Origin: Isurus oxyrinchus
Lineage: Eukaryota
Assembly: GCA_026770705.1 (NCBI GenBank)
Contig: JANJGN010000001.1
Span: 64,294,001 to 64,358,000, forward strand
Length of the DNA stretch: 64,000 nucleotides
Direction of reading: 5' to 3'
Part shown: positions 48,518 through 62,243 of the stretch, one piece after another
How the letters are laid out: the number at the start of each line of letters is the position of its first letter
Numbering within the stretch: position 1 is the first letter of the stretch
Notes under the pieces: generated by a model
Told to the model about the DNA's origin: nothing
Databases searched by the model: none
Seen by the model: only the letters and a program-made list of their open reading frames with translations
Position numbers and translations under genes: made by a program

Positions 48518-50323
48518 ATTAATCAGGCCAGAAAGCATAGACGGTCCTAGGCAATGGAGGAACAGATAATCAGGGCCACAAAGCATAGTCAGTCCTATGG
48601 ATCTATGCCACAATTTAGAGGACTGTGCTTGGCACACCTGTCCTGGTCCAAATCCAGGGCGGGGGAGGGCCTGTCAGTCCTATGTCAATTGTATCCAGCA
48701 TGGTGTGCAGGGTGTGGTCAGTCCCTCACACATGTCGGCCCTGGGGGTTGGTGGCTAGATGCTGGGCTGCAGATGGCACAGTTACAGTCAGGGGAGGCAT
48801 CCGCAGCCTGCAATGTAAGGGGGAGGGACTCGATGGTCTCATGGGGGTGTGGAGGCGGTCGCTGTAAGGACAGTACAATGGGCCTCTAGATGGGGAGGTG
48901 TTGGGTCTACATGGGGCATCGGGACATCAACATCAAACAGCTCAGGGAGGAGGACAGTGATGTCAACCACTATAAAGATGGGATCAAGGATTAGAGGGGG
49001 AGGAAGGAGAGTGATTGGAGAGAGGGAAACCTGCGCATGATGCTCCTCCAGCACGATGGGAGGGGTTTTGATCGTCATGGGACGGGGTGAGCTTGAAGCT
49101 GGTCTGGCAGTAATATGACAGCACCGCCATTTTCAAGCTGATCCAATGACTCGGTTGAAAAACAAGCTCTCAGGTCTTGTGGGAGGAGTGGTCCACTGCA
49201 CTGTGGGCCAATTGAAGGGGGATCCAACTCATTTCCGCTTTTCCAAATGGAAAGGTTGGCACAGCTGTAACATATTAGGAACAGTCAAATGCCAATTTAG
49301 GGAATGTGGTGCCTTAACTTATGTTGCACTTTCTTGTGTGACTATGAACTCGATTGGGACCCTTGTAGGATTGGCTTCCAGAGACGCTTTGTCCCTCTCA
49401 CAGGAAATCCTGAGTGTCAGGAGGAACCAACTGAAAATGCATATGCCTAATGGCCCTAAGGCCTCTAAACCTTGCAGCTGGCAGTTGGATTTTGAAGGTC
49501 CCCTCCCCCACAATACTCTCATAACATGAGTGAAGGTTGGGGCTGTTGTGTAAACTAAAGGATACAGTCTGACAGTGCCCTGACTGAGGCTTCTCTCGCC
49601 TGGCAGAACTCAGTCAGATCCAAGTCCCTGTGCCAAAGCCCTGTCACACTTGCGTTGTTTGTGGTGAGGAGGGTTAGTGGGTGAGTCACCTACCAGTGCT
49701 CCAGAAGGCTGTGCTAGTGCTCCAATGGACTAAGTGAGGACATAATGGCTGGGATGAAAGGCTCCACAATGACAGCCTAGTTAATGACTGGAAGGTGACC
49801 ATTGCAGTCTTATGTTCATTCAGGTTTCTGTTCAATGTTTCCTCAGATACTAGCATGAGTGCCTCAGGGATGGAGCAGGCAACGTTGCCTTCATCCTGGC
49901 CCAATCAGCAGGAGGAGAGGAAGGGCCCATTGTCACTAGGCTGGCCTAAGGGAAGAGCCTCACTCTGATGAACAAGAGCTAGTGGAGTTCCCTCAGCAGC
50001 TGAGGCTGACAAAGCCATTGAGTGGAGGTATTTGGCACAACCAGAAGACACCTCTTATACCTCCAAATGAGTGAGAGACAGTGCTGTAGATGCCTTCGCA
50101 TGTCTAGCGATGTGGTGGCTCACATCTTCCTCATTCTCTGGGAGGAGTTGACGCCACAGGGACAGGGAGGCCATTCATTGCCAGTGGACTTGGACCAGGA
50201 CAGGCGTGCCAAGCACAGCCTTCTAAATTGTGGCATAGATCCATAGGACTGACTATGCTTTGTGGCCTCAACTACCTGTTTCTCCATTGCCTAGGACCGT
50301 CTATGCTTTCTGGCCCTGATTAA
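48518..50323. repeat. ~140-bp inverted repeat pair (48518-48655 / 50184-50323)
   Basis: CAGAAAGCATAGACGGTCCTAGGCAATGGAG..GCCACAAAGCATAGTCAGTCCTATGGATCTATGCCACAATTTAGA..CCTGTCCTGGTCCAA is the reverse complement of 50184-50323. Confidence 0.9.
49850..50183 (+). pseudogene. Truncated Harbinger transposase N-terminal fragment
   Basis: YLQMSERQCCRCLRMSSDVVAHI..LTPQGQGGHSLPV aligns by eye with YLNMTEVQCQRRIRLSRGTVNYI..ISPNCVGGHPMPA of the 11-kb transposase. Confidence 0.75.
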
Positions 50324-50344
50324 TACCCCCCAGCCCCCACCCTT

Positions 50345-50445
50345 CCAGTCATGTGTCTCTGTGCTCTCTTCCTCAGTCATTGTCCTGCCCCCCCAGTCAT
50401 TTTCCACCCAATCATGTGTCTCTGTGCTCTCTTCCTCAGTCATCC
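50345..50445 (+). repeat. Short ~61-bp tandem duplication
   Basis: TCATGTGTCTCTGTGCTCTCTTCCTCAGTCAT occurs twice. Confidence 0.7.
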
Positions 50446-50554
50446 CACACCTTTCCCCCCCAAGTCACATGTCTCTATGTTCTCTTCTCCAGTTATGTGT
50501 TCCCTGCCAACTCTTTGGATGGCAGGAAGGGAAACCCCGCCATCCTAAGAATTG

Positions 50555-50872
50555 TGACCAATGAACTCTTATGTTGTACAGTAACCTTTTATGTGCAACC
50601 TTATCAAATGCCTTTTGGAAATCCAAATACACATCTATTGGTTCCCCTTTATCCACCCTGCTTAATAGCAACTTCAAAGAACTCTAATACATTTGTCAAA
50701 CATGATTAATTTTAAATTAATGTTAATTTTAGAATTGAGATAGATTTTAGTTAGCTAAAGTTTTAAGTGGCATATGGAGTTGGGTCATAGATCAGCCATG
50801 ATATCATTGAATGGCAGAACAGGCTCGAGGGGCTAAATAGCATACTCCTGATTTTATATTCCAATGTTCCTA
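50555..50872. mobile_element. Two CR1 fragments in opposite orientation
   Basis: Minus: VDKGEPIDVYLDFQKAFDKVAHKRLL (50555-50705). Plus: CR1 3' UTR AGATCAGCCATGAT..GAATGGCAGAACAGGCTCGAGGGGCTAAAT (50730-50872). Confidence 0.75.
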
Positions 50873-51309
50873 ATTTTAACTTCCAAGCAGAAAGCCAGTA
50901 GGACCCAAAGCCCTCTTTCTCGGGAGCTGCAGTGGGAAGCCTGGTCCACTTTAACTGCTGAGCTTAAATAGCATTCCAGTGGCCAAATGCCTACCTAGAA
51001 TGGACAAGCAGAGGCAGCTCAGCAGCTTCAGATCAGTGAAAATTTGTCAGCTGAGAGGGGACTTGCATGACCTTCAGGGAGTAGCCTTTGTTTTACAGCA
51101 CATTCATGGATTATAAGGGGAAGGTGTCTCAGGGTGGTAGTACTGCAAAATTCCTTCATGGCTTCAGGAGGAGAAAAGCTGCCTCTGGCCCCAAAAAGGT
51201 TTGAAACTCGCCTGACAGGGCCTCTGCTGGGAGTTTGCCAGATTTTACTGAGCAGAGGGCCTGTGGTGGAAATTTCCTCAGTAGCCCATTAAATTGGATT
51301 CTGATCCAA

Positions 51310-51969
51310 GGGCAGGATTTTCCGGTCGTTGGGTAGGCACAGTGGGCGGGCCCGGGAATGGCCCTGAAGCAGCCAGCCGCCCGTAATCGCGCCCCGACCA
51401 TGATTTTACGCTGGTTGGCCAATTAACGGGCAGCCAGCGTGAAAGGCGCGCTGAGGAGCTCAGCGTTGCCGGGGTGGGGGGCAGGAGGAGGGTGAGCGCA
51501 AGAGTCTGTGCATGTGTGGGGGAGCGCGCGCTGAAATCTCCCTGAGGGCACAGAGCTGCCTCAGGGAGCTGAAGAATTGTACAATCAAAAAGAAAGATTT
51601 TAAAAATGTTAAAAGCATGTCCCAGCATAGAGCTCAATAAAATTAGCAGAAACAGAATAAAAATTATGTCTAAATGCTTTTATTTTTTTAGAAAAATAGT
51701 GTTGTAAACCTCATCCTGTCTATGGATGAGGTTTCATAAAAAAATCCAAAGACTGCCTGGCTGATTCGCCCACCTGCCAATCGTAAGGTTGGACGGGCAG
51801 CAAAAAATAGGCCTCTTAATTGTTGGTGGGCGTTCTGCCGATTCTTGCGTGTACCCGCCGACCACAGCATTGTGCGATGACGTTGGGACACTCACCCGAC
51901 ATCATCGCGCGATATTTACATCTGATTGGGTCGGGCCCGCACCCGCCCACGGGGCATAAGACCCTATCC
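51310..51969 (+). mobile_element. Harbinger MITE
   Basis: GGGCAGGATTTT left TIR, degenerate right TIR, TSD CAA/CAA, shared internal palindromes. Confidence 0.88.
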
Positions 51970-54029
51970 CAAGTACCACAATAAGATCTCAATTTACATT
52001 TATTAGTGAGATACTACTGCCCACCGCCCCTCCACAACACTCCCCTCATAATTCCTCTTGCAGACTCATTTTGCTGTTTCTAGTTGTTCATAAGTCAACA
52101 CAAATAATAATCCGAAATGGAACCAGATTGAGAAATATAGAGTATGTTTTGAAATCCTGAACTGTCACATATCAGTCTCATCAGGTTCTCCATATTTTCC
52201 CTTTTCAGAAAAGAACTGGAATAATTTCTGGCATGCTAAAAGCTTAACAACCAGCACTGTTAGAGAACATCCTGTTGCAAATAACACTGCACCAACTTGC
52301 ATCAGAAGGTCCTGTTCAATAATGTTGGTAATCACTTTCAAATACCATCACATTAAAGTTCTCCATCTATCAATTGATAAGCAGTTAGAAAATGCCCAAA
52401 TTGACTATAAAAGCAGAGTGGACTAATTCTATGAACGATGACAGTTAATCTTCTGAGACATCTGTGTATAATCTACAAAGTGTTTGGAAACTTTCCATCC
52501 AGGGTATTTGTTGTGAAAATCCATTAACTAACTGAGGTGCAGTTTTGGCATAGATCCTTGGTTCAGAAGGAAATATATAGAGCCTAATTGGTTTTGTAAT
52601 TGTAATGAAAACAATTTTAGCAGTGCACTGGTAGCAGATTATCCAATTTAAGCATGACTACTATCAAGAGATATTACAACTTAAACACTGCCCTCCAGTC
52701 AGAGAACTAAATGAGGGTATATTCAGCCTTAAGTATTATTACACATTAGGGACATTTCTTGTAACCTAAGTCAGGTAATATTCTATTCTGTGCTCTTCTG
52801 AAACAAGCAGTGCACCCATTAGTAATACTACTGAGTGAAAATTGATTAACAACTGCCTTGCAGGCAAGAACTTGTGTTTTCATTAAAGGTATAGCCTTTT
52901 TCAAATATTTATAGCGGAATGTATTTGATGAGAGGGCTATCAGTGAGTAAGTCTGCTTGCCTTCCCTTATGAGGCACTCAGGCTCCAGTCCTATCTTTAA
53001 AATGATACAGGGGACAGAATGAGTTGTGCTTCACACACCTGCCCTGGGTAGAGTGGCAAAGCTCTGCACATGTGAACTTAAACACAGACACAGAGCTCCT
53101 TTCACCACTGCCTCAATATAATAAAAATTGTTAATGGTAGTGAAAAGCTGCATGTGAGTGTCAGATCCTTCCTTATATCCTTACTATTTAACACCTGTGA
53201 TTACCTCTGGTCTCATGCTGGTCTTGACAAATTGAACTTACGTTGAGAATAGCCACCTTAAACTGCAGAGGTTACTGCACAGATTTGGCACTATTATGAT
53301 GTAGAACCACTTTGATTCAATGCAAAACTTGATATAACTGGCCTTCTGAACTAAGATCAGGTGAGATTTTGTTTGTGCAGTAGCACCCTATCTCTTCAAT
53401 AGAATATTTGGAAGGGATGAAAGATGCAATGCATAGCTTACATTTTAATGTACTTTTCCTAACGCAACACTTTCTTGTGGTGGTAATACCCAAGAAACCC
53501 AAAGCAATTCACTTATATGCCAAGCTCATCAACAACATCACGTCTTGGTCAGCTTTGGTCTAAGGTCATTACCATTGAGGCCTTACAAGAGACCAACATT
53601 TCTCACCTCTCTCCTCACAATTTGAAGCCTCAGCTGTCACCATCTGTTGTTTCTCGAACAGAATAAATCCATCACTTGCAATGTCTTCATGACAACAGTG
53701 CTAATTTTAGGTATAGGTGACCTAATGTGCTAGTCTCAACATTTAAAATAACCTCAGCAAGAGTGCTGATTACAGCTGAAGATTTTTAATGGGACAATAT
53801 GAATACATCACAAAATAGACAAAGTGAGCGATAGCGAACATGCTTCAGTCTTAGCTCTGGCTGAAACTGATAAATCTGTTCAAGGAAACAACTACACCAC
53901 TTTAAGTACACAAGGCGTACTGCAAAGAATATGGTGCATTGAAGCATATAGTTTTGTTTCTATATTCTATTTACAACTACTTCCAACTCTGCTTCAGCAT
54001 TTGTTGCTTCTGAATTTAACAATTCCAAT

Positions 54030-54418
54030 GCTTTCCTTGCCAGCACCCCATCTTCCATTCTCCACAAATGAGCTCATCTAAAGCTTTCTTGCCTGTCTTC
54101 TACACTGCACCAAGCCCCATCATCCTTGTGCTCACTGACATACAATGGGTACCAATCCATTAAATCCTTGATTTTAATATTTCTCATCCTGATGTTCAAA
54201 CTCCTCCATGCTTTCACTCCTCTTTATCCCCATTAATTCCTCCAGCCCTACAACTCTCTAAGAACCCTGTACTCATCCAATTCTGGCCTCTTGTGCATCA
54301 CCCATTCCCTTTGCCCCACGATTAGTGATATGCTTTCAACTGTTCGGGTCAGAAGCTCTAGAATTCCATTCCTGTACCTCTCTGCTTCTCCATCTCTCTT
54401 TCCTCCTTAGAACCTCTA
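54030..54418 (+). mobile_element. L2-type LINE 3' fragment
   Basis: CATCCTTGTGCTCACTGAC..CTCCAGCCCTACAAC..CCAATTCTGGCCTCTTGTGCATC motifs, the reverse complement of those in 43651-44274. Confidence 0.65.
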
Positions 54419-57400
54419 GGGTCAAAATAGTCCCAAAATCAGACATGGGCGTTGCACCATTCTGTAATAGGCAGCATGCAAAAGTTATACTACCTGCTAA
54501 TGATAATGATTGTGGTGGGCAGCTCATTGCTGAACACCCTGTGAGTAGCTCCACGCCTCAGCAGGCGACCAAGTTCATGCGAGGCTAGCACCATTTAAAG
54601 CTATACTTAAAGCCAGACTACACATCTTAAATACAGGGTGCATTTTGATTCCAACAGGGGCTGAAACCCCTTGGGAAAGAATGGAAGACCAGGAGGAACT
54701 AACAGAATAGCACATCAGGCCAGAGAGCGCACCCAAGGTACTCAGATGCCAAAACAAAACAAAACAAAGCATCCGCAGTTTTCTTTGTTTTTGTACTCAG
54801 ATGCCACGTTGGACGCCTTGATGCAGGAGGTCGGCAGGAGGGCAGAAGTTCTCTTCCCTCAAGGGTCACTGGCCTTGCAGACAAGTGGTGAGAAGACAGG
54901 GGGAGCAAGTGTCTGTGCCAGTCGATGCCATCAGCCTAACCCCAAGGACCTGGATGCAGTGCCACAAGAAGTTTGATAAACCCACAAGAGTGGTCAAGTT
55001 CAGTCAACTCATCCTTACATGTCAAATCCAATCAACTGCACCACTAACTCCACATACAGCTCCATTCACCACATCCTCTTCACTTTCTTACCAATAGTTT
55101 ATTCAAACTGCAACTCAAACCTCACATCCATATATGTCACCTCACTCTCACAGACTTAGCACTGCTACAAGCTACAAAACCCTGTTCACCACTTGCATGC
55201 AGTGCCAACTATTGTGGCAGGAACATCACCAGGACATATTGCAATGCACTCACTGACCCACTTTCTTCTCTTTTGCAGGGTAAGGTGGCCCATTTTGGAT
55301 GACAGCAGAACCTAACCAGCAGGGGGTAGACACGGCTGCATGTGTTCACCCCTAGGAGAAGATGGTGCTGGGAATAATTGAGTGACTGCCGTTGAGGACG
55401 TGCAGCAGTGTTGTTGAACCATCGAGGAGAATGGTTTGTTTCTGCTTAATGCATGTTCACAAATTTCACTTTGCCCTCATCCTGCAACCTGTTAGATGTA
55501 AAGTTAGATGGTGTAACTACTTACCTCTTACCTTCCCTCACCCCAAGCCTCCCCTTGAGCCTTTATGCTTTCAGATATCCAAGAACGGCTGCCTGGCCAG
55601 GTACTGTTGGAGAACACTGAAACCCTCAAGGGAAAGCACACCTCTGAGGAAAATACACCGTCACTCACAGCCACCAGATCTGATGCTGGCACTGCACAAA
55701 CCTTAGACAATAGCATAGAGGTGGGATCTGGACAGGTGAATCACCGGGCAGGGACGGCCTGTAGCCAGGCCAGAGGGGAAAGATTGCTTTGGTATCAGCT
55801 CCCCAGAGGTTAAGGTCACACACCAGTCCTGCTGTGGAGGTCTCAGGTGAGGATTTGATCGGGTGATGTAAAGAAAAAGGCTGATGCAGATACACACACA
55901 GATAGTTGATGCAGAGCTGCTTGGCAGACCTGCCTGAGAGCTTATTCTTACTGTCAAGGAGCATGGTGGAATCGGGCTCCAACTTAGCACAGGGCCTAGT
56001 GCAGAGCGGTAAGGGAGTGTTAATATCTCCCTGGAGTGTGAACCTGTTTATGACTTTGCCATTGCCAGTGCCCTTGCTGTTGTTTGTCTGGTAGCCAGCC
56101 CATACCTCTGCCGCCTATGCCAAGGTGGTGGAGTTTGAAGGTCCTTCTAGGGCCAGAGCTGCTGTAGGAGGTCCTGCAAAGCCATCTGCAGCATTCCCCA
56201 TTGCATCACATGCAGTAATTCCCATCCCCTTTCACCAGTCATGCTGCAGATACTGGGGGCAGAATGGCAGGAGCACTAGACCAGGCAAAGGCAGCCACAG
56301 GACAGACTGTGAGGGAATGCAATGATGATAGGTCATTGACATAAAATGTAAATTCTGTTTCTCTCTCCACAGATGCTGCCAGATCTATTGAGTATTTGCA
56401 ACAGTTTTTGTTTTTAATGCACAAGGATGAACAGTTGAGCATTGTATGCAGTATTGGATGTGTTTTTGATAAAGCTGGTATGGAATGGTTGCCTTGTAGT
56501 GGCCTTTATTTCAGGAATTTGGACAAGAGGACACTTTGATGGTCTGACCCAGGGGAATGGCATGGTGGGAAACTGTTTAATGGAGTTCCATTCAGGGGAA
56601 CCGGAATCTGAAAGTACATTCATAGCCTGTCCAGGATGTGGATATGCTGGTTGCCCCTTCCCTTCTTCCTGGGGTGATTGCTGAACCTGCGGTGGCAAGG
56701 GTTGCACCACGCTGATGGCCAGATTGTGGAGGATACAACAAACTACCACAAATTGGGAGACCTGCTCTGGTGAGTACTGAGGGACGCTCCTCCTGAACGG
56801 TCCAGGTAACAGAAGTGTTGCTTCAGCACTTTGATGACCTCCTTGATGATGCTCCACATTGCAGCATGGCTCTCATTGTATGAGAACTGGCCACATGTGA
56901 TGGGGTAGCAAAAGGGAACCATTAGCCAGGTGCAACCATCCTCTGGTTCGTTATGATAACTGGAAGATTGCTGGACAGTAGTCTGGCAAAGGATGAATGA
57001 ATCATGATTAATGCCAAGATAGTTGGCATTCACTCACATGATGTGTTGAGTGTGGTCACACATTGATTGAGTAGTATCCTTTGAGGCTTTACTGCATCTC
57101 ACAGTGCAAATGATTGAGATACAATGCCAACAAAGTCAGGTCTGTGCAGTCAATGACTCCCTGAATCCTGAAGAAGCCTGTTATCCTGGCAAAACTGCTT
57201 TTTCAATCCTCCTGCTTTTCTCTGTTTAGGGAGAAGACAATGAAGCCCACTTTCCTGACATACAGGGAATCACTAACCTCCTGAATGTATTGATGAGGAG
57301 AGGTAGGGGGAGGGGTGGTGATCTCACCTGTTCCAGCCTGGAAGGATGCACTGCTGGAAACATTCAGGGCCACAGTCACCATGGTGACCACTAACAGTGG

Positions 57401-57934
57401 CTTTCTTGCCTTGTTCAGAGGCTCTAGATCTGGTTCCAAGATGTGGCATGGTTCTGTGGCCATCACCTTGGAAACGTACCCATCAAACACATTGGTCTGA
57501 ATCTTCCAAGGAGCGGCAATAAGCTGCTTTGCTCCTACTTCTCTGTGCCACTAGTCTGCTCCGCATTTCTGGCCAAGTCTTCTGACCCTGGCATCTTCAT
57601 AAATGCAGAGCAATCTTCCATTGAATTGCTTCCTAGTAGCCCTCAATCGCAGGGGAAGACAAGCCATGCCTCTTTTTTACAGCACTAGCTGCCTTAACCT
57701 CCTAAGTGTTCACTAACACACTGAAAAGCTTTGGGACATTTAAGCAGACATTAATTGGCCATTTAAGGACCTCAATTGGCCTCCATGCGGAAAGGTTTTT
57801 CTTGACCCTCCTGCCCCTGACATAATCAGGGGAGTTGGGAAGGTGACAGACACTCCACATCCCATCTTCCCTCCCAATTTGATTGCCCCCATTGTTTCCC
57901 AGCCTGTTCACTAGGAGAGAATTAAATTCTGCCC
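54419..57934. mobile_element. Older, decayed two-gene Harbinger element
   Basis: Ends GGGTCAAAAT / AAATTCTGCCC, TSD CTA/CTA. Plus-strand Myb relic YSDATLDALMQEVGRRAEVLFP..WMQCHKKFD. Minus-strand transposase relic VTVALN..FQ, HDSFIL, YNESHAA, LKQHFCYLDRSGG, CCILHNLA. Confidence 0.82.
56322..56415 (+). mobile_element. Decayed Penelope pLTR end
   Basis: TTTCTCTCTCCACAGATGCTGCCAGATCT..GAGTATTT..TTTTTGTTTTT. Confidence 0.7.
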
Positions 57935-58471
57935 CTATTTTTTAATATCCCTCTTTCTTAAGTGGTGATTGAATTTGCTTTTAAACTAAGTAACAAACTT
58001 TGTTTCAACAACAATCTGTGGCAATAGACTCTAGGTTCGAACCATCCTCACTGTAAATAACTTTTCCTTCAATTCCTTTTCAATTCTTTTTGTGATATCT
58101 TAAATCTGTACCTGCTCATTGCCATCTTGCCTACCAGCACAAAAAACCCAGCACTGTCTATCTTACTATAACCTTTCATGGTCTTTCAGACCTCAATAAG
58201 ATTACTCCTTAATCTTTTTAGTCCTGTGAAAAGTTCTCAGGTTTCTCTTCGGTGACCTTCGTCCCTGGCAACATTCAGATTAAACTAATGGAGATAAATC
58301 AGGTTTCATTACAGGTATGTGATTTGACACACTCGATTTGCTGATGTTTGCTGCCCTCAGGCAAACCAATATGCCTGGGCTCACAAGCATGAATATCTCT
58401 CCTATGAAATATATGTGTATATACACAATTATTACTAGGATTCCTATTGCTTGGTTTTCCATTTTCCTTTT

Positions 58472-59130
58472 CATAGAATTATAGAATGGTTACAGCACAG
58501 AAGGAGGCCATTTGGCTCGTCACGTCTGTGCCTGCTCCATGCAAGAGCAATTCACCACGTCCCACTTCTCTGCCTTTTCTTGCAGCCCTGCAATTTTCTT
58601 CTCTTCAAATAATTCTCCAAATTTCTTTTGAAATTCTCAATTGAATCTGCCTCCACCACACCCTCAGGCAGTGTATTCCAGATCCTAACCACTCAATCTG
58701 TGAAAATGTTATCCCTTATGTCGCCGTCGCTTCTTCTGCCAATCACCTTAAATCAGTTTCCCCTCGTTCTCATTCCTCCCACCAAATTAATAGTTTCTCC
58801 CTATCCTACTCTGTCCAGACCTCTCGTGATTTTGAACTTTACCTTCTCTTCTCTAAGGAGAACAGCCCCAGTATCTCCAATCTAACCACAGAACTGAAGT
58901 TCTTTGTCCATGGAACCATTTTCTGTACCCGCTCTAATGCCTTTACATCCTTCCAAAAGAGAGGTGCCCAGAATTGGACTTAATAGTCCAGTTGAGGCTG
59001 AACCAGTGTGTTATACAGGCTTATCATAACTTCCTTGTTTTTGTACTTTATGCTCCTATTAATAAAGCGCACGATCCTGTATGCTTTATTAAACTGTTTC
59101 TCAATCTGCCCTGCCACCTTCAATGATTTG
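58472..59130 (-). mobile_element. CR1-type LINE 3' fragment
   Basis: CATAGAATTATAGAATGGTTACAGCACAGAAGGAGGCCATT tail and downstream CR1 motifs (GAATCTGCCTCCACCACA..GTATTCCAGATCCTAACCAC). Confidence 0.78.
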
Positions 59131-61512
59131 GGGATCTGGCATGCATGCAGCAGTCCCATGAAATAAAAAACTAACTCAGGTCACGGATTCCCAGGCCAAC
59201 TGTAATTTCTACAGCCTTGAGGAGTCCATGTTCCATGTTTATACAGAATGTGCGAGGTTGCAGCCCCCTTTCCACTATTTTTGGGGGTTGCTCCTCAAGT
59301 TTGTTTGCACCTCAGCCCCACAATCCTGATCTTTAGCCACCTAGTGCAGGGGGGGGGGCGTTGAGTAGATCAGAAGGCCCCCACATGGGTCTGCCCTTAG
59401 GCCTGGCCAAGTTGGCCATAAACAGGTAGAGGCAGCGGGCAGTTGAGTGGGGCCTGACTGCCTGTCCCTCTTCTATGGCTACATCTGCACCCGGCTGTCC
59501 CTGGAGAGGGAGCACTTGGTGTTTGCTGGTATGCTTGAGGCCTTTCACGACCAGTGGGCACCGCAGGGGCTGGGGCATCATCAGCCCCAGTAATTTAATT
59601 TTAATTTGATGAATTTCCTTTGTATTTTTTGTTTTTTGTCACAATAACCTTTAGTACCCCTTTCAGGGGTTTATTTGTTTGACTAATTTGATTGCTTAAA
59701 GAAGTATACTCCCAGGTCTCTCTGCTCCTGCACTCCCTTTGGAATCATATCCTTCATTTTATGAATTGATTTGAGCCAGGCTTTTAAAACAGGGAGTCAT
59801 GAAAGGGATGGGACAGTCAGACAGCAGAAGCCTGTGAAGAGTGTTGAACCTAAGAGATGGGAGACAAGAATTTAAATTTTAAGTCAAGCGAGGTGACCCA
59901 ATGAGGTGGGATGGAGCACATTTTTAAAAAATATTATGTGGAGGCAAGTTTAATTATTGAAAATAAGAAAAAATGTAATTGCTGTTTTCTATTTTCACCT
60001 TACTGTGGAATAAAGCAGCTGAACAATTCACAACAAGTCTTCCTCACTTAGTAGTAACTCAGTCCACAATGGGGATGATTGAAGAAATGCATGTGAATTA
60101 CATGAGTATCCAGTCTTGAACCTTATTGCTATTGTTAAATCTCTGAATTATGATATTGCACAAGTAGATATGGAGCAGCGTGAGTCAACTCCCATAAAAA
60201 TAAAATGCTCAGACTGTTTACTGGACTGAGTGGCGCCATTGAACCCGGGAGTAAATCTATGGCAGACTTGGCTTCATGACATGGAGCTTCTTCCACATGT
60301 CTTCTTCTGGATGCCTATTCAGTCAAATATTAGCACAACAATTACAAAGTTTTCTGTGAATAAAGAGCAATTTTCATACAACTAAACCTCACAAACCCCG
60401 TAAGGGCAAAAGTTGCTGCCTGAATACATTTCTCAATCCTCAGCAAAAGGCTTCCTGCAGCTTCTGTGAAGCATTTACTGCAATGAAGATGAAAGGATTA
60501 TCTCCCAAATATTAAAGAAGGCAGGCCCTCCTTGCTGCTCTCATTTTACCTGCCTTGTACCATTTTGGTTAACATATTTTTGCAATACCAAACTTTGGCG
60601 TATACTCAAATAATTAAACCTGCACTGAAAGAAATGAACAATGACAGTTGTTACCATGCAAGCCTGGACAATTTAAAATGTTTGTGCAATTATTGTTTCC
60701 AAGTCAATATTCAAATGTTTGGTTATTAAGATTTTATTGAAATCATGTAATTTAATTGAAAAATGGCATCAGCTTTGATTCAGTTGTTTCTGTGTTTATG
60801 TTTTTATACCAATGTGATGAAAATCCATATTAAAAAAAACAAATTTGTGAATTTATGGATAGAATTCAGAATCAAACTTCAAGAAGTTGGATTAAAATTT
60901 TGAAAAATTACATAGGTAACTTACATATTGTGGGTTTTTAACATATTTTTACATCTGAATTTATATAGAATTTCTAAAAATGTGAATGGGTTAAATACCT
61001 GAGCATTGAATTGCTAACTGGAAACAGTATCATTCATTATTGACTGCATGCTGAATTAAATAAATACATGTATCTATATTGTGATGTCAGAGCAATTCAA
61101 AATATTCTATGTGGTTTCTTTTTCAAGCAGATGATGACCACGTCCTTGTTTTACTGCAATGATCGAAATGTTTAACGTATAGAACCCATTGCAAAAACCT
61201 TGCTGCCTACACAAAATGTACAGTGGTCTCTTTAAATGCTGTGCAAGAATTGAGGACCAGTAAACATGTTGCTGTCTCTTTGCATTTAGTTTGACGTTAA
61301 CTGTATTAAAGATTCATGGGTTTAGAAACTAATGATTTATATTACACATACTCAATTAAATACAAGTTCTTATTACATAATTCATTTCAGGACTATCAAA
61401 ACTGTGGTCCAAGAACATTTGCCCCATCTCCTTTGAACGTAGACAAACCACTCATTTTATGAAAGGGACCTCTGACTGATTCCTACTAAAGATTAAAGGT
61501 TACGCTATAAGA

Positions 61513-62243
61513 TGTGACAGTCAAATGCATCCCCCCAATACTGAATGCCGCGCAGCCATTTAAACTCAAATGAGCATTATTTAACTGGAGATGGGACTTC
61601 CGCTCCTCTCTCAGGAGGAAGTACTGCCAGGCAGGGACTACAAGACTACAGAGTTAAGTCCTGGGAAGGAGCACCCCTCCACCCCCACCCCCCCCACCCC
61701 CAAATGTGCCTAGACTTACTAAAAGTCTGGGTGCTTTGATGTATAGTAGTTTTAAGATGTTAAACAGTAAGGTAGAGGGTATATTTGCATTTTGTTGAAT
61801 AAACCATTCAAAGACTGGGGGGGTGAAATCTAAATCATGGAAGATCTAAGCTGCCTGTAAGCCTACAACAGTGCGAAGGAACAAAATGAAAGGAACTTCA
61901 TTTTGGATTTGTAAGATAAAATGTGCTTTGCCTGGCGTCTGTTTAAGACTATGGGTTATTGTTGCCTTGGGGAGGATTACCTGGGAGTGATTAATTTGGG
62001 GATTTGTTTAATAGTTATTATGGTAGTAATTTGTAGACATGTGTATATATTTAATGCCTTGCTAAATTAATAAATGTTTAAGTTAATTTATATAAAAAAC
62101 CTCTGGAGGCATGGTGGTTTCATTTCTTAATTCAAAGATATATCTCAAACATACCAATTGAAAATATAGGTTATGACAGTTGTTTAAAATTTCCGTCTGG
62201 GATTTTAAATAACTCAGCCTTTACCAACTGCAGTGTCATAACA
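61513..62243 (+). mobile_element. Probable solo LTR related to the Gmr1-like LTRs
   Basis: The last ~180 bp (AATAAATGTTTAA..GTTGTTTAAAATTTCC..CTGGGATTTT..CCAACTGC..GTCATAACA) aligns with the reverse complement of 14664-14850. Left end approximate, no TSD. Confidence 0.65.
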
